Of a DNA stretch of 64,000 nt, positions 17,998 to 27,412 are shown piece after piece. The notes beneath the pieces were generated by a model that worked only from the letters and a program-made list of their open reading frames with translations, searched no databases and had not been told where the DNA came from. Origin of the DNA: Rubrivivax sp. (GTDB lineage: Bacteria > Pseudomonadota > Gammaproteobacteria > Burkholderiales > Burkholderiaceae_C); the NCBI GenBank assembly GCA_016790435.1, contig JAEUPE010000097.1, forward strand, positions 6,905-70,904. Direction: 5' to 3'. How positions within the stretch are numbered: the stretch's first letter is position 1; each line of letters begins with the position of its first letter. The translations under genes and the position numbers were made by a program.

Positions 17998-19101
17998 CTA
18001 CGACATCCGCGAGGGTGTTCCGGTCCGCGCGGCTTTCAGCGCCTGCGCCAGCTCGATCACCGCCATGGCGTAGTAGCTCGACCAGTTGTAGCGGGTGATC
18101 GCATAGAAGTTGGTCGTGCCGGCGACGTGTGTCGGCGCATCGGCGCCGTTCTCCAGCTCGACGAAGGCCAACGGACCCTCGTGCGCACGCGCCGCCTCGC
18201 CGAGCCCGACACCGCGTTCGGTCATCTGCGTGGCGCTGAAGCTGGGCAGGATGTCCTTCTCGCGCAGGACGGCGAGATCCTCGGTTGCGGCCGGCGATGT
18301 CGCCGCGTAGTGCGTCGCCATGCCGGCCTTCCAGCCGAACTCCGAGAGGTAGCGGGCGACGCTGCCCGCCACGTCGGCGCCGTTGGCGACGAGGTCGATG
18401 CGGCCGTCACCGTCGAAGTCCAGCGCATACCGGTTGATGCTGCTCGGCATGAACTGCGGCAGCCCCATGGCACCGGCGTACGAACCGAGCGGCGTCACCG
18501 GGTCGCGGCCCTCGCGCGCGCACCAGACGAAGAATTCCTCGAGCTCGGCGCGGAAGAAGCCGCTGCGGTCGCGCCGCCCCGGCGGCACGAGCGGGAAGTC
18601 GAAGGCGAGCGTGGCCAGCGCATCGATGACGCGGAAGCTGCCCATGATGCGGCCGTAGAAAGTCTCCACACCGACGATGCCAAGCACCACCTCCGGCGGC
18701 ACGCCGAATCGCGCCTCCGCCTCGGCGAGCACGGGCTCGTGCGCCCGCCAGAAGGCCAGGCCGGCGGCGATGCGCTGCGGCTCGATGAAGCGGTCGCGAT
18801 AGGCACGCCAGTTCTTGGCCGTGCCGGCCGGCGGTGGGGTGATGAGGCGGCGCACGGCCTCGCTGTGGCGCGCCTGTTCAAGGCGGCCGACCAGCCAGCG
18901 TGCCGGCAACTGGCGGCGCTCGGCCACTTCGGCGGCGAAGGCCGCGATCGACGCGTGGCCGGCGTAGCGCGCACCCGGCTCGGCGGCCTTGGGGCGCGCG
19001 CCTGGCGGGCTCGCCCAGGCTTCGAAGCCGAGGCCGAGGGCGGTGGCGCAAAGGAGGCGGCGGGACGGGCGCCAGGTAGGGCAGGGTGCAGGCGGGCTCA
19101 C
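17998..19101 (-). CDS. mltB: Lytic murein transglycosylase B
   Basis: GIVGVETFYG, GSYAGAMGLPQFMPSS, DFDGDGRIDL, NFYAITRYNWSSYYAMAV. Confidence 0.93.
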   Translation of the reverse strand: MSPPAPCPTWRPSRRLLCATALGLGFEAWASPPGARPKAAEPGARYAGHASIAAFAAEVAERRQLPARWLVGRLEQARHSEAVRRLITPPPAGTAKNWRAYRDRFIEPQRIAAGLAFWRAHEPVLAEAEARFGVPPEVVLGIVGVETFYGRIMGSFRVIDALATLAFDFPLVPPGRRDRSGFFRAELEEFFVWCAREGRDPVTPLGSYAGAMGLPQFMPSSINRYALDFDGDGRIDLVANGADVAGSVARYLSEFGWKAGMATHYAATSPAATEDLAVLREKDILPSFSATQMTERGVGLGEAARAHEGPLAFVELENGADAPTHVAGTTNFYAITRYNWSSYYAMAVIELAQALKAARTGTPSRMS

Positions 19102-19121
19102 GCGCCGATTGTTGCGCGCCT

Positions 19122-20330
19122 TCAGATGATCGTCGTTGTGCGCGCGGTGTCTGCAAAGGCCACGCGCGCCACTTCCCGCTCTCCCACCAACTTGAGCAGC
19201 GCATGCTGTTCGAGCGGCTTCTTCAGGCAGGCATCGGCCGCGGGCAACGCGCGCTGCAGCGGCATGGCCGGCGCGTTCGGGTCGGCCAGCAGCACCACGG
19301 TGGTGGCACAGCCCTCGTCCGGTGGCGGAATCTGCCGGGCCAGGCGGCAGACGAGCAGGCCGTCGAGGCCCGGCAGGGCCGGATCCATGAAGATGTAGTC
19401 GTGGAAGCGTTGCGTCAGCAGGCGCATGGCGTCGTCGGGATGGCCGGCGAGATGGATCTGGAAGCCGAAGCGCTGCAACTGCACGGCGATGAGGCGCAGC
19501 GTCGCCGCGTCCTGGTCGATGACGAGGATGTGCTCCATGGGCAGCGGTTCGTGGCGCGCGCGGGCGCGGCCAGCGTCGGGCCGCTCATGCCGCGACAGCG
19601 CGCTGCGGCGGGTCGCCGGTGCCGCCTGGGCGGCGAGCGCGCGCACGTCGACATCCGGCGGCAGCGTGGCCGTGCGGAAGGCGAGCTCGTCGAGCACGCG
19701 CTGCACCTGCGCACCGGGTCGGGCGGAAGGCGGCGCGACCCCCGGCTCAGCGGAGCCGCCGGGGCTGGCATCTGCGGTCGCGCCCGGGATGTCCGGTGGC
19801 GGCGACGCCTGCGGCGGCGGCGACGGACGCCCGACCGATGTCCCGGAGAGGGCCTTGAACACACCGGTGGTCGAATCCGTGCCCCACTCACTGGAGCGAT
19901 CGCGCGTTGCTTCGGAGGGCGCGGCATGGGGCGCGTCGGGGACCGCGATCAGGCGCTGCGGCGGCCGCCGCGGCGGCGCCTCATCCGGCGTCGATGCCAG
20001 GCGCGTGCCGGGGCGCGGCCGCGCTCCGACGAGCGTGTCCAGCGCCCGCATCACGAGCAGCAGGTTGATGGGCCGCGGCAGTTGCAGTGCCGCGCCGTGG
20101 TGCGGCGTGCGGCCCAGCAGCACCGCCCGTTCGACGAGGCGGCCGGCGTGCAGCAACCGGGCCATCGCTTCTTCGTCGTCGGCGTCTGCGACGGCGCATT
20201 CGGCGCGCCAGAGGTCGTCGGTGAAGTCATAGCCCGGGCCCTGCTCGCGGCCGTGTTCGAAGAACGCCTGGAACGAACGGCGTTCGAACGGCGTGAATCC
20301 GAGCAGGACGAGCAGCGTGCGTTTGGACAT
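19122..20330 (-). CDS. Response regulator with degenerate N-terminal receiver, Pro-rich linker and C-terminal receiver
   Basis: C-term HILVIDQD...IFMDPALPGLDG...CLKKP; N-term LLGFTPFER...LPRPINL. Confidence 0.75.
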   Translation of the reverse strand: MSKRTLLVLLGFTPFERRSFQAFFEHGREQGPGYDFTDDLWRAECAVADADDEEAMARLLHAGRLVERAVLLGRTPHHGAALQLPRPINLLLVMRALDTLVGARPRPGTRLASTPDEAPPRRPPQRLIAVPDAPHAAPSEATRDRSSEWGTDSTTGVFKALSGTSVGRPSPPPQASPPPDIPGATADASPGGSAEPGVAPPSARPGAQVQRVLDELAFRTATLPPDVDVRALAAQAAPATRRSALSRHERPDAGRARARHEPLPMEHILVIDQDAATLRLIAVQLQRFGFQIHLAGHPDDAMRLLTQRFHDYIFMDPALPGLDGLLVCRLARQIPPPDEGCATTVVLLADPNAPAMPLQRALPAADACLKKPLEQHALLKLVGEREVARVAFADTARTTTII

Positions 20331-20558
20331 TTCGGGTCGGCGGCCTCGGGCACCGCCCATCTACAGGGGCGGGCGGCCCTTCGGGTATCGGCGCGCACGG
20401 TGGCGGGATGAGGCGCCGCATGGCGGAGCGCGACCGGCCCGGCGGGCGGACGTGCCAAATGGCACGGCAACGTCTGCGCCGGGTTTCGAGGCTCGTAGGG
20501 CGTTGGCGGCTCGATCGGCGCGCCGCCGGATGCAGGCGTGGCCGACCTGGGCGGGCGG

Positions 20559-22631
20559 CTAGGGGGCCGCGGTGCGCGGAACTTGCCGCGCTGCGGCGGC
20601 GAAGGCCGGCCACCAGGACCGCTGCACGGTGCCCGCGCGGACGCCGTCGGCGTAGCGCAGGCGGTCCAGCGCCTCGAGTTGCGTCGCCAGCGCCTCGCCG
20701 GCGGCCCCGAGGCGTTCACGCACGCGCGTGGCCCGCGTGCGAGGCGGCTCGTGGGGAAGCACCGTGACGCCGACTCTGCTCAATCGTTCCTGGACGCGTT
20801 TCGCCAGGCGCAGCCAGGGGTCCTGCCGGTGCCGGTCCCACCAGGCCCAGCCGGCGCCGACCAGCGCCACGCTGCACAGGGCGGTGATGAGCAGGGCCGC
20901 CAGGTCCTGCCAGCTCGGCACCTGCACGCCCAGGGCGCGCATGAGGTCGAACTGCTGCGAGCGCGAGTAGTTCAGCACCCACTGGTTCCAGCGGTTGTTC
21001 AGTGCCTCCCAGGCGCCGCGCAGGCGGGCGGCCAGCGCAGGGTCGAGGGTCGAGAGCGCACCGGCGACGAGCCCCTGCGGCGGCGCCAGGCTGCGTCCGG
21101 ACTGCACACGCTCCGGCGCCACGGCGGCCGTGGGGTCGATGCGCACCCAGCCCTGGTCCGGCAGCCAGTACTCGGCCCAGGCGTGCGCGTTGCTCTGCCG
21201 CACGATCCAGTAGCCCTCCTGCATCGTCGCCTCGATGCCCTGGTAACCGGTGACGATGCGCGCCGGCACGTCGAGGGCGCGCATCACGACCACGTAGGCA
21301 GCGGCGAAGTGTTCGCAGAAGCCGAGCTTGCGGTCGAGCCAGAACTCGTCGATCGCGTCGCCGTCGTAGGTGCCTGGCTCGAGCGTGTAGGTGTACTCGC
21401 CAGTGCGGATGTGCTGCAGCACGGCGGCGGAGAGCTGCGCCGCGTCGGCCCGCTGCAGTTCCGGCCGTTGCCGCAGTGCCGCCGCCCAGGCCCGGGTGCG
21501 TGGATGCGCCTGCGCCGGCAGGGCCATGAAGTCGCGCAGGCCGGCCACGGGCTCGCTCGGGCCGTGCCGGAAGTCGAGCCAGGCGCTGGCCTCGATGCGG
21601 ATGCGCTCCGCCAAGGGCCGATCGGCCTGCCATTGCAGGTCGGGGCGGAGGCTGAAGTGCCAGCCCTCCAGTTGGGGCGCGGCGCCGGGCCGGTCGGGCG
21701 TGGTCTCCAGCAGCGTCAGCACCGGCAGCCGGCCCGGCTCGAGCATCATCTCGTAGCGCAGCGGTTCGCCGCGCGTCTGCAACTCGGCGCGCGCACGCTG
21801 CAGCGGTGCCACCGTGGGCACGAGGCGCGTCCAGTCGCGTCCGTTGGTGGTGGAGAGCACCGGGCCGCGGAAGTAGAGCTGGCGGTCCAGCGGTCGCGGG
21901 CCGAAGAAGCGCACGCGGAAGGCCACCGAGTCGTCGTTGGCGAGCTCGGCCACGCCGCCCAGCCGCAACGTGCCCGACAGGCCCGTCTTGCCCGCCGCAT
22001 CCTGCGGCAGGCCCCACAGCGGCCCGATGCGCGGGAAGAGCGCGAACAGCAGCGCCATCAGCGGCAGGCCGAGCATCGTGGCGCGCGCTGCCACCGCGGC
22101 CGCGACGCCGAGGCTGGGGCGCCCCACCGGCATGTGCGCCAGCACGAGCGCCGACAGCAGCCCCCACAACGCCAGCAGCATCCACAGCCCCGTGAGCAGC
22201 GACTGCGAGTACAGGAACTGCGTGAGCAGCAGGAAGAAGCCGAGGAAGAAGACGACGAGCGCGTCGCGCCGCGCGCGCAACTCCAGGGTCTTCAGCGACA
22301 GGAGTGCCACCAGCATCGTCACGCCAGCCTCGCGACCGAGCAGCGTGCGCTCGGTCCAGAACGTGAGCGCGCCGGTGATCAGCAGCAGTGCCCACATGAC
22401 CCAGCGGCCGGGCAACGCGCCGCCACGCAGCGCGATGCCGGCGCGCCAGGCGAGCACCGTCACCACGAGCACGCTGCACCAGGTAGGCAGGTGCGACAGG
22501 TGAGGGGCCGTGGTGAAGGCGATCACCACCAGCAGCAGCAGCGTGTCGCGCGTCTCGCGCGGCGTGCGCCGCAGGAAGGCGGCGGGACGCGCGAGCAGCC
22601 GGGGAGCGGAGGCGGTGGCGGCGGTGTTCAT
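20559..22631 (-). CDS. tgpA: DUF3488 + transglutaminase membrane protein (TgpA-like)
   Basis: TM region with LKTLE, FPRIGPLW; triad GFCEHFA / AHAWAEYW / RIDPT. Confidence 0.88.
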   Translation of the reverse strand: MNTAATASAPRLLARPAAFLRRTPRETRDTLLLLVVIAFTTAPHLSHLPTWCSVLVVTVLAWRAGIALRGGALPGRWVMWALLLITGALTFWTERTLLGREAGVTMLVALLSLKTLELRARRDALVVFFLGFFLLLTQFLYSQSLLTGLWMLLALWGLLSALVLAHMPVGRPSLGVAAAVAARATMLGLPLMALLFALFPRIGPLWGLPQDAAGKTGLSGTLRLGGVAELANDDSVAFRVRFFGPRPLDRQLYFRGPVLSTTNGRDWTRLVPTVAPLQRARAELQTRGEPLRYEMMLEPGRLPVLTLLETTPDRPGAAPQLEGWHFSLRPDLQWQADRPLAERIRIEASAWLDFRHGPSEPVAGLRDFMALPAQAHPRTRAWAAALRQRPELQRADAAQLSAAVLQHIRTGEYTYTLEPGTYDGDAIDEFWLDRKLGFCEHFAAAYVVVMRALDVPARIVTGYQGIEATMQEGYWIVRQSNAHAWAEYWLPDQGWVRIDPTAAVAPERVQSGRSLAPPQGLVAGALSTLDPALAARLRGAWEALNNRWNQWVLNYSRSQQFDLMRALGVQVPSWQDLAALLITALCSVALVGAGWAWWDRHRQDPWLRLAKRVQERLSRVGVTVLPHEPPRTRATRVRERLGAAGEALATQLEALDRLRYADGVRAGTVQRSWWPAFAAAARQVPRTAAP

Positions 22632-22652
22632 CGCATCAACGCGTGCGGTCCT

Positions 22653-23669
22653 TCAACCCCAAAGCGCCAGGGCGTCGAGCGCCGCCACGCGCTGCACGGC
22701 GCCGGAGGCGGGCGGCAGGTCCTGGCCCGGCAGGCGCAGGCCGTAGGGCAGGCCGGCGCGATCGGCGGCGAGCACCCAGGCCGCCAGGCGTGCCAGGCGC
22801 GGCTCGGTGCCGTTGACAGCGGTCTGGCTCCAGTCCAGCCACACCTCCTGGCGGCCGCTGCCGGCGGTCTCGCGGCTGACGAGTTCGTTGCTGCGCGCCA
22901 CCTTCTTCCACACCACTTGGCGCATCGTGTCGCCGCGCCGCCAGGGGCGCACGCCTTCGAACTCGCCGCCGTCGGTGGCGCGCTTGCGGCTCGTTTCGGC
23001 GCCGGGCACGGCGGCGCTGGCCGGCAGCGGCGGTGCGTCGTGCTCGGGCCGCGGCCAGGCGAGCACGCGCCCGGCGGGCCGCCACACGGTCCAGGCGCGG
23101 AACAGACCGAAGGGAAACACGGTTTCCACGACCAGCGTCGGTACCGCGTGCCAGCCGCGCGTGGCCGGCACGAGCGCCAGGTGCGTGGTCTGCTGGCCGC
23201 CGGCCGTGACGTCGCACCAGGCGAAGGCCCGGCTGGCGCTGCCGTCAATCGGCGATTGCGGCGCGACCCCGCCTTCGAAGCGCAGCGCCAGGCCGTAGCG
23301 CGTGCGGCCCGGGTTGGTGAGCACCACCTCGAGCAGCGCTGCATCGCCGGCGAACACGCTGGCGGCCGGCCGCAGGTGCAGCGTGAGCCCGCGCAGGTTG
23401 CCGTGCGTGAGGTGCATCGAGACGATGCCGGCGCCGGTGAGCGCGAAGGTGAGGGCGTAGCCGAGGTTGAGCTGGTAGTTGATGGCCGCCAGCAGCATGA
23501 CGATCAACGTCAGTGCAAAGACGAAGCCCGCGCGCGTGGGCAGGATGTAGATGTTGCGCTGCCCGAGCACCCAGGTGTCGGTGAGCGGCAGCCGCGCCTG
23601 CCACCAGCGGCGGAACTGCTCGCGTGGAGACAGGTGGTGCCACGCCTGTGCGGCGAGGGAGGCGCTCAT
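22653..23669 (-). CDS. DUF58 domain protein
   Basis: IYILPTRAG, FPFGLFRAW, EFEGVRPWRRGD...VVWK. Confidence 0.9.
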   Translation of the reverse strand: MSASLAAQAWHHLSPREQFRRWWQARLPLTDTWVLGQRNIYILPTRAGFVFALTLIVMLLAAINYQLNLGYALTFALTGAGIVSMHLTHGNLRGLTLHLRPAASVFAGDAALLEVVLTNPGRTRYGLALRFEGGVAPQSPIDGSASRAFAWCDVTAGGQQTTHLALVPATRGWHAVPTLVVETVFPFGLFRAWTVWRPAGRVLAWPRPEHDAPPLPASAAVPGAETSRKRATDGGEFEGVRPWRRGDTMRQVVWKKVARSNELVSRETAGSGRQEVWLDWSQTAVNGTEPRLARLAAWVLAADRAGLPYGLRLPGQDLPPASGAVQRVAALDALALWG

Positions 23670-23714
23670 CGGTTCGGCGAGGGGCAGCTCGTGGCGCAGC
23701 CGGGCGTGGCCGCT

Positions 23715-24740
23715 TCAGCTGACGGGCGTGGCCTCGATCATCGCCGCCACCTGCTCGATCGGCCCGCGCCCGGCGCCGGCCACGGGCACGAGGCGGTGCG
23801 CGATGGTCTGCGGCAGGATCGCCTGCACGTCATCGGGCGCGGCGTAGTCGCGCCCCGCCAGCAGCGCCCGCGCCTTGGCCGCGCGCAGCACGGCCATGCC
23901 GGCACGTGGCGACAGGCCCTCCGCGAACCAGCGTCCGCTGCGCGTGGCGGCGATCAAAGTCTGCAGGTAGTCGAGCAGCGGCTCGCCGGCGCGCACCGCG
24001 AGCACGGCCTGCTGCGCCTGCGCCAGTTCGGCCGGCGTGATCACCGGCAAGAGGCGGCGCACGGCCGCCCGCCGGTCGCCACCGGCCAGCAACTCTCGTT
24101 CGCTGGCGCGGTCGGGGTAGCCGAGCGTGATGCGCATGAGAAAGCGGTCGAGCTGGCTCTCGGGCAGCGGGTAGGTGCCGAGCTGGTCGCTCGGGTTCTG
24201 CGTGGCGATGACGAAGAAGGGGCTGGGCAGCGCCCGCGTCTCGTTCTCCACCGTCACCTGCTGCTCCTCCATGGCCTCGAGCAGCGCACTCTGCGTCTTG
24301 GGGCCGGCGCGGTTGATCTCGTCGGCGAGCAGCACCTGCGCGAACACCGGGCCGGGGTGGAAGACAAAGCGATCCTGTGCCCGTTCGAACACGCTCACGC
24401 CGACGAGGTCGGAGGGCAGCAGGTCGGCAGTGAACTGCACCCGCCGGAAATCCAGGCCGAGCGACATCGCCAGCGTGTGCGCCAGAGTCGTCTTGCCGAC
24501 GCCGGGCACGTCTTCGATGAGCAGGTGGCCGCCGGCCAGCACGCAGGCGATGCAGTCCTCGACCTGCGCCCGTTTGCCTACGACGATCGTGCTAATCTGA
24601 TCGACGAGCGCCACGAGGCGCCGCGCCAGTTCGCGCGGGGAAACCCCCGGGCCCGGCGAGGCGAGTGGCGCGGACGAGGGCGACGAAGCTGAAGTGGAAA
24701 CAGGGGGCGGCTTCAGGCTCAGATCCATCGGCCTCACCAT
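23715..24740 (-). CDS. moxR: MoxR-family AAA+ ATPase
   Basis: LIEDVPGVGKT, QFTADLLPSD, LLADEINRA, ATQNP, LPESQLDRF; start uncertain. Confidence 0.93.
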   Translation of the reverse strand: MVRPMDLSLKPPPVSTSASSPSSAPLASPGPGVSPRELARRLVALVDQISTIVVGKRAQVEDCIACVLAGGHLLIEDVPGVGKTTLAHTLAMSLGLDFRRVQFTADLLPSDLVGVSVFERAQDRFVFHPGPVFAQVLLADEINRAGPKTQSALLEAMEEQQVTVENETRALPSPFFVIATQNPSDQLGTYPLPESQLDRFLMRITLGYPDRASERELLAGGDRRAAVRRLLPVITPAELAQAQQAVLAVRAGEPLLDYLQTLIAATRSGRWFAEGLSPRAGMAVLRAAKARALLAGRDYAAPDDVQAILPQTIAHRLVPVAGAGRGPIEQVAAMIEATPVS

Positions 24741-24759
24741 ACCCGAAAAGCCTGCCGGT

Positions 24760-24799
24760 CATCCGTTCTCATCCGTTTGCATCCGTCCGCATCCGTCAA
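24760..24799 (+). repeat. 4 x 10-bp CATCCGTnnn tandem repeat
   Basis: catccgttct catccgtttg catccgtccg catccgtcaa, running into the ATG at 24799. Confidence 0.85.
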
Positions 24800-25743
24800 T
24801 GAACACGCTCTTCTACAGCCACCCCGCCTGCCGGCAGCACGACATGGGCGAGGGGCATCCCGAGTGCCCGGCGCGGCTGGATGCGATCACCGACCACCTG
24901 CGGGCGACGGGGCTGGACGTGGCGCTCGACTTCCGCGAGGCGCCGGAAGCCCGGGCCCAGCAACTCGGGCGTGCGCATGCGGCCGGCTACGTGGCCGGCG
25001 TCACCGACCTGCTGGCCCAGGTGCAGGCGGCGGGCGAACCGCGCCACCTCGACCCCGACACCGTGGCCTGCCCGCAGACCTTGTCGGCGGCGTTGCGTGC
25101 CGCCGGCGCCGCGGTGGCGGCGACCGACGATGTCATCACCGGACCGGCTGGCTCGGCCCGGCGCGCCTTCTGTGCCGTGCGGCCGCCGGGCCACCACGCC
25201 ACGCGCGACGAGGCGATGGGCTTCTGCGTCTTCAACAACGTCGCTGTGGCCGCCCGCCATGCGCTCGACGTACACGGCCTGGCGCGCGTGGCCATCGTCG
25301 ACTTCGACGTGCACCACGGCAACGGCACCGAAGACATCATCGCCGGCGACGACCGCGTGCTGATGGTCAGCTTCTTCCAGCATCCGCTCTATCCCTACAG
25401 CGGCGCGGTGCCCAAGGGCACGAACATGGTCAACGTGCCGCTGCCGCCTTACACACGAGGCCCGGCGATGCGTGAGGCGGTCGAACGCCAGTGGCTGCCG
25501 GCGCTCGAGGCCTTCCGGCCGCAGATGCTCTTCATCTCCGCCGGCTTCGACGCGCACCGCGAGGACGACCTCGGCCAGATGGGCCTCGTCGAGGCCGACT
25601 ACGAGTGGATCACGCAGCGCCTTGTCGACGTGGCCGAGCGCCACGCCGAGGGGCGCATCGTCTCGTGCCTGGAGGGCGGCTACAACCTGGGCGCACTGGC
25701 GCGCAGCGTGGCAGCGCATCTGCGCGCTCTCTCGGAAACATGA
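24799..25743 (+). CDS. Histone deacetylase-family (acetylpolyamine amidohydrolase-like) protein
   Basis: HPECPARL, RPPGHHA, GFCVFNN, DFDVHHGNGT, SAGFDAH, LEGGY. Confidence 0.93.
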   Translation: MNTLFYSHPACRQHDMGEGHPECPARLDAITDHLRATGLDVALDFREAPEARAQQLGRAHAAGYVAGVTDLLAQVQAAGEPRHLDPDTVACPQTLSAALRAAGAAVAATDDVITGPAGSARRAFCAVRPPGHHATRDEAMGFCVFNNVAVAARHALDVHGLARVAIVDFDVHHGNGTEDIIAGDDRVLMVSFFQHPLYPYSGAVPKGTNMVNVPLPPYTRGPAMREAVERQWLPALEAFRPQMLFISAGFDAHREDDLGQMGLVEADYEWITQRLVDVAERHAEGRIVSCLEGGYNLGALARSVAAHLRALSET

Positions 25744-27005
25744 CCCCGCGCGCGGACTCGACGGCCGAGCTGCTGGCCTGGCTGCAGGCGCTGACGCGGC
25801 CCACCGCGCTGGTGGAGCTGGCCGCGTTTGCGGCCTGCCTGGTGCTGGCCTGGACGGTGGTCCGGCTGCTGCGCGGCAAGGAACCGCGGCCGGGCTCGGT
25901 GTGGTTCGGCGAAGGCATCGTCGACGGCGTGCTGTTCCCGCTCCTGGCGCTGGCGCTGGCCACGGTGGTGCGCTGGATCTTCGTCGCGCACGTGCCGCAG
26001 GTGCCGCAGGCGGTGTTCAAGCTCGTCGTGCCGGTGCTGCTGTCGCTGGCGCTCATCCGCCTCACGGTGCGCGTGCTGCACAAGACCTACCCCGACTCGA
26101 ACGTCATGCGCGTGGTCGAGCGCAGCGTGTCGTGGATCGCGTGGATCGCTGTCGTGTTGTGGCTCACCGGCGTGCTGCCGCTCTTGCTGAAAGAGCTCGA
26201 CGACATCAAGTGGAAGCTGGGCGGCACGACGCTCTCGCTGCGCAACATGCTCGAGGGGGCCGTGGCCTCGGTCGTGGTGCTCGTGCTGGCGCTGTGGTTG
26301 AGTTCGGCGATCGAGGCGCGGCTGCTGAAGGGCTCCGGCGTCCACCTCGGCATGCGCAAGATGGCGGCCAATGCGCTGCGCGCGCTGCTGCTGTTCGTCG
26401 GCCTCATGTTCGCGCTGTCGGCCGCGGGCATCGACCTCACTGCGCTCGGCGTGCTCGGCGGCGCGCTCGGCGTGGGCATCGGCTTCGGGCTGCAGAAGCT
26501 GGCCGCCAACTACGTGAGCGGCTTCGTCATCCTCGCCGAACGCAGCATGCGCATCGGCGACATGGTCAAGGTCGACAACTTCGAAGGCCGCATCACCGAC
26601 ATCAGCACGCGCTACACCGTCATCCGGGCCCTCAACGGGCGCGAGGCCATCGTGCCCAACGAGATGATGATCACGCAGCGCGTGGAGAACAGCTCGCTCG
26701 CCGACACCAAGGTGGCGCTGAACACCGTCGTGCAGGTGGCGTACGGCACCGACCTCGAGACGCTGATGCCGCGCCTGGCCACCACGGTGAAGCAGGTGGC
26801 GCGCGTGCTGGCCGAGCCCGGCCCGAGCGTCGTGCTGTCGAACTTCGCTGCCGATGGGCTGGAGCTGACCATCGGCTTCTGGGTTGCCGACCCGGAGAAC
26901 GGGCAGGGCAACGTGCGCGGTGACGTCAACTTGGCGATCCTGCGCGTGCTCAACTCGGCAGGCGTCGAGATCCCGTTTCCGCAGCGCGTGGTGCGGCAGG
27001 CATGA
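25740..27005 (+). CDS. mscS: MscS-family mechanosensitive channel
   Basis: GALGVGIGFGLQ..ANYVSG, IGDMV, IVPNE, VAYGTD, IPFPQR; ATGA overlap with the upstream gene. Confidence 0.9.
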   Translation: MTPRADSTAELLAWLQALTRPTALVELAAFAACLVLAWTVVRLLRGKEPRPGSVWFGEGIVDGVLFPLLALALATVVRWIFVAHVPQVPQAVFKLVVPVLLSLALIRLTVRVLHKTYPDSNVMRVVERSVSWIAWIAVVLWLTGVLPLLLKELDDIKWKLGGTTLSLRNMLEGAVASVVVLVLALWLSSAIEARLLKGSGVHLGMRKMAANALRALLLFVGLMFALSAAGIDLTALGVLGGALGVGIGFGLQKLAANYVSGFVILAERSMRIGDMVKVDNFEGRITDISTRYTVIRALNGREAIVPNEMMITQRVENSSLADTKVALNTVVQVAYGTDLETLMPRLATTVKQVARVLAEPGPSVVLSNFAADGLELTIGFWVADPENGQGNVRGDVNLAILRVLNSAGVEIPFPQRVVRQA

Positions 27006-27412
27006 CGGTGTTGTGGCGCTCCTTCGGCGCGGCGCTGCTGGCGCTGGCACTCGTGGCCGTGCAGGCCCTGGGGCTGGCGCACCGCGTCGCCCATGGGCCG
27101 CTTCACTCCGCCAAGGCCGAAGCCCACGCTGGTGTCCATGCCGGTGTCCACGCCACCGGCAGCGAGGCGCATGCGCACGGAGAGCCGACCTCGCTCTTCG
27201 GCGCGCACGAGGAGGGCGGCGTCGAGTGCCGCCTGTTCGACCAGGCGGTTCACGCCGATGCGCTCAAGGCCGCGGCGTGGCAGGCATGGCCGCCCCGCGT
27301 GCCGGCGCCCATGGTGGCCTGCGCGCCGGCCAGCGGGGCCGGGGCGCGTGCGCACGCCTACTTCGCCCGCGGCCCGCCCGCGGCGCATCGCGCAGGATCG
27401 CGGGCCGCCTGA
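27002..27412 (+). CDS. His-rich DUF2946/CruR-like small protein with C-terminal RGPP motif (putative arrest-type leader peptide)
   Basis: N-terminal hydrophobic segment, 12 His, ECRLFDQ, Pro-rich stretch, YFARGPP near the C-terminus; directly upstream of a TonB-dependent receptor. Confidence 0.75.
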   Translation: MTVLWRSFGAALLALALVAVQALGLAHRVAHGPLHSAKAEAHAGVHAGVHATGSEAHAHGEPTSLFGAHEEGGVECRLFDQAVHADALKAAAWQAWPPRVPAPMVACAPASGAGARAHAYFARGPPAAHRAGSRAA

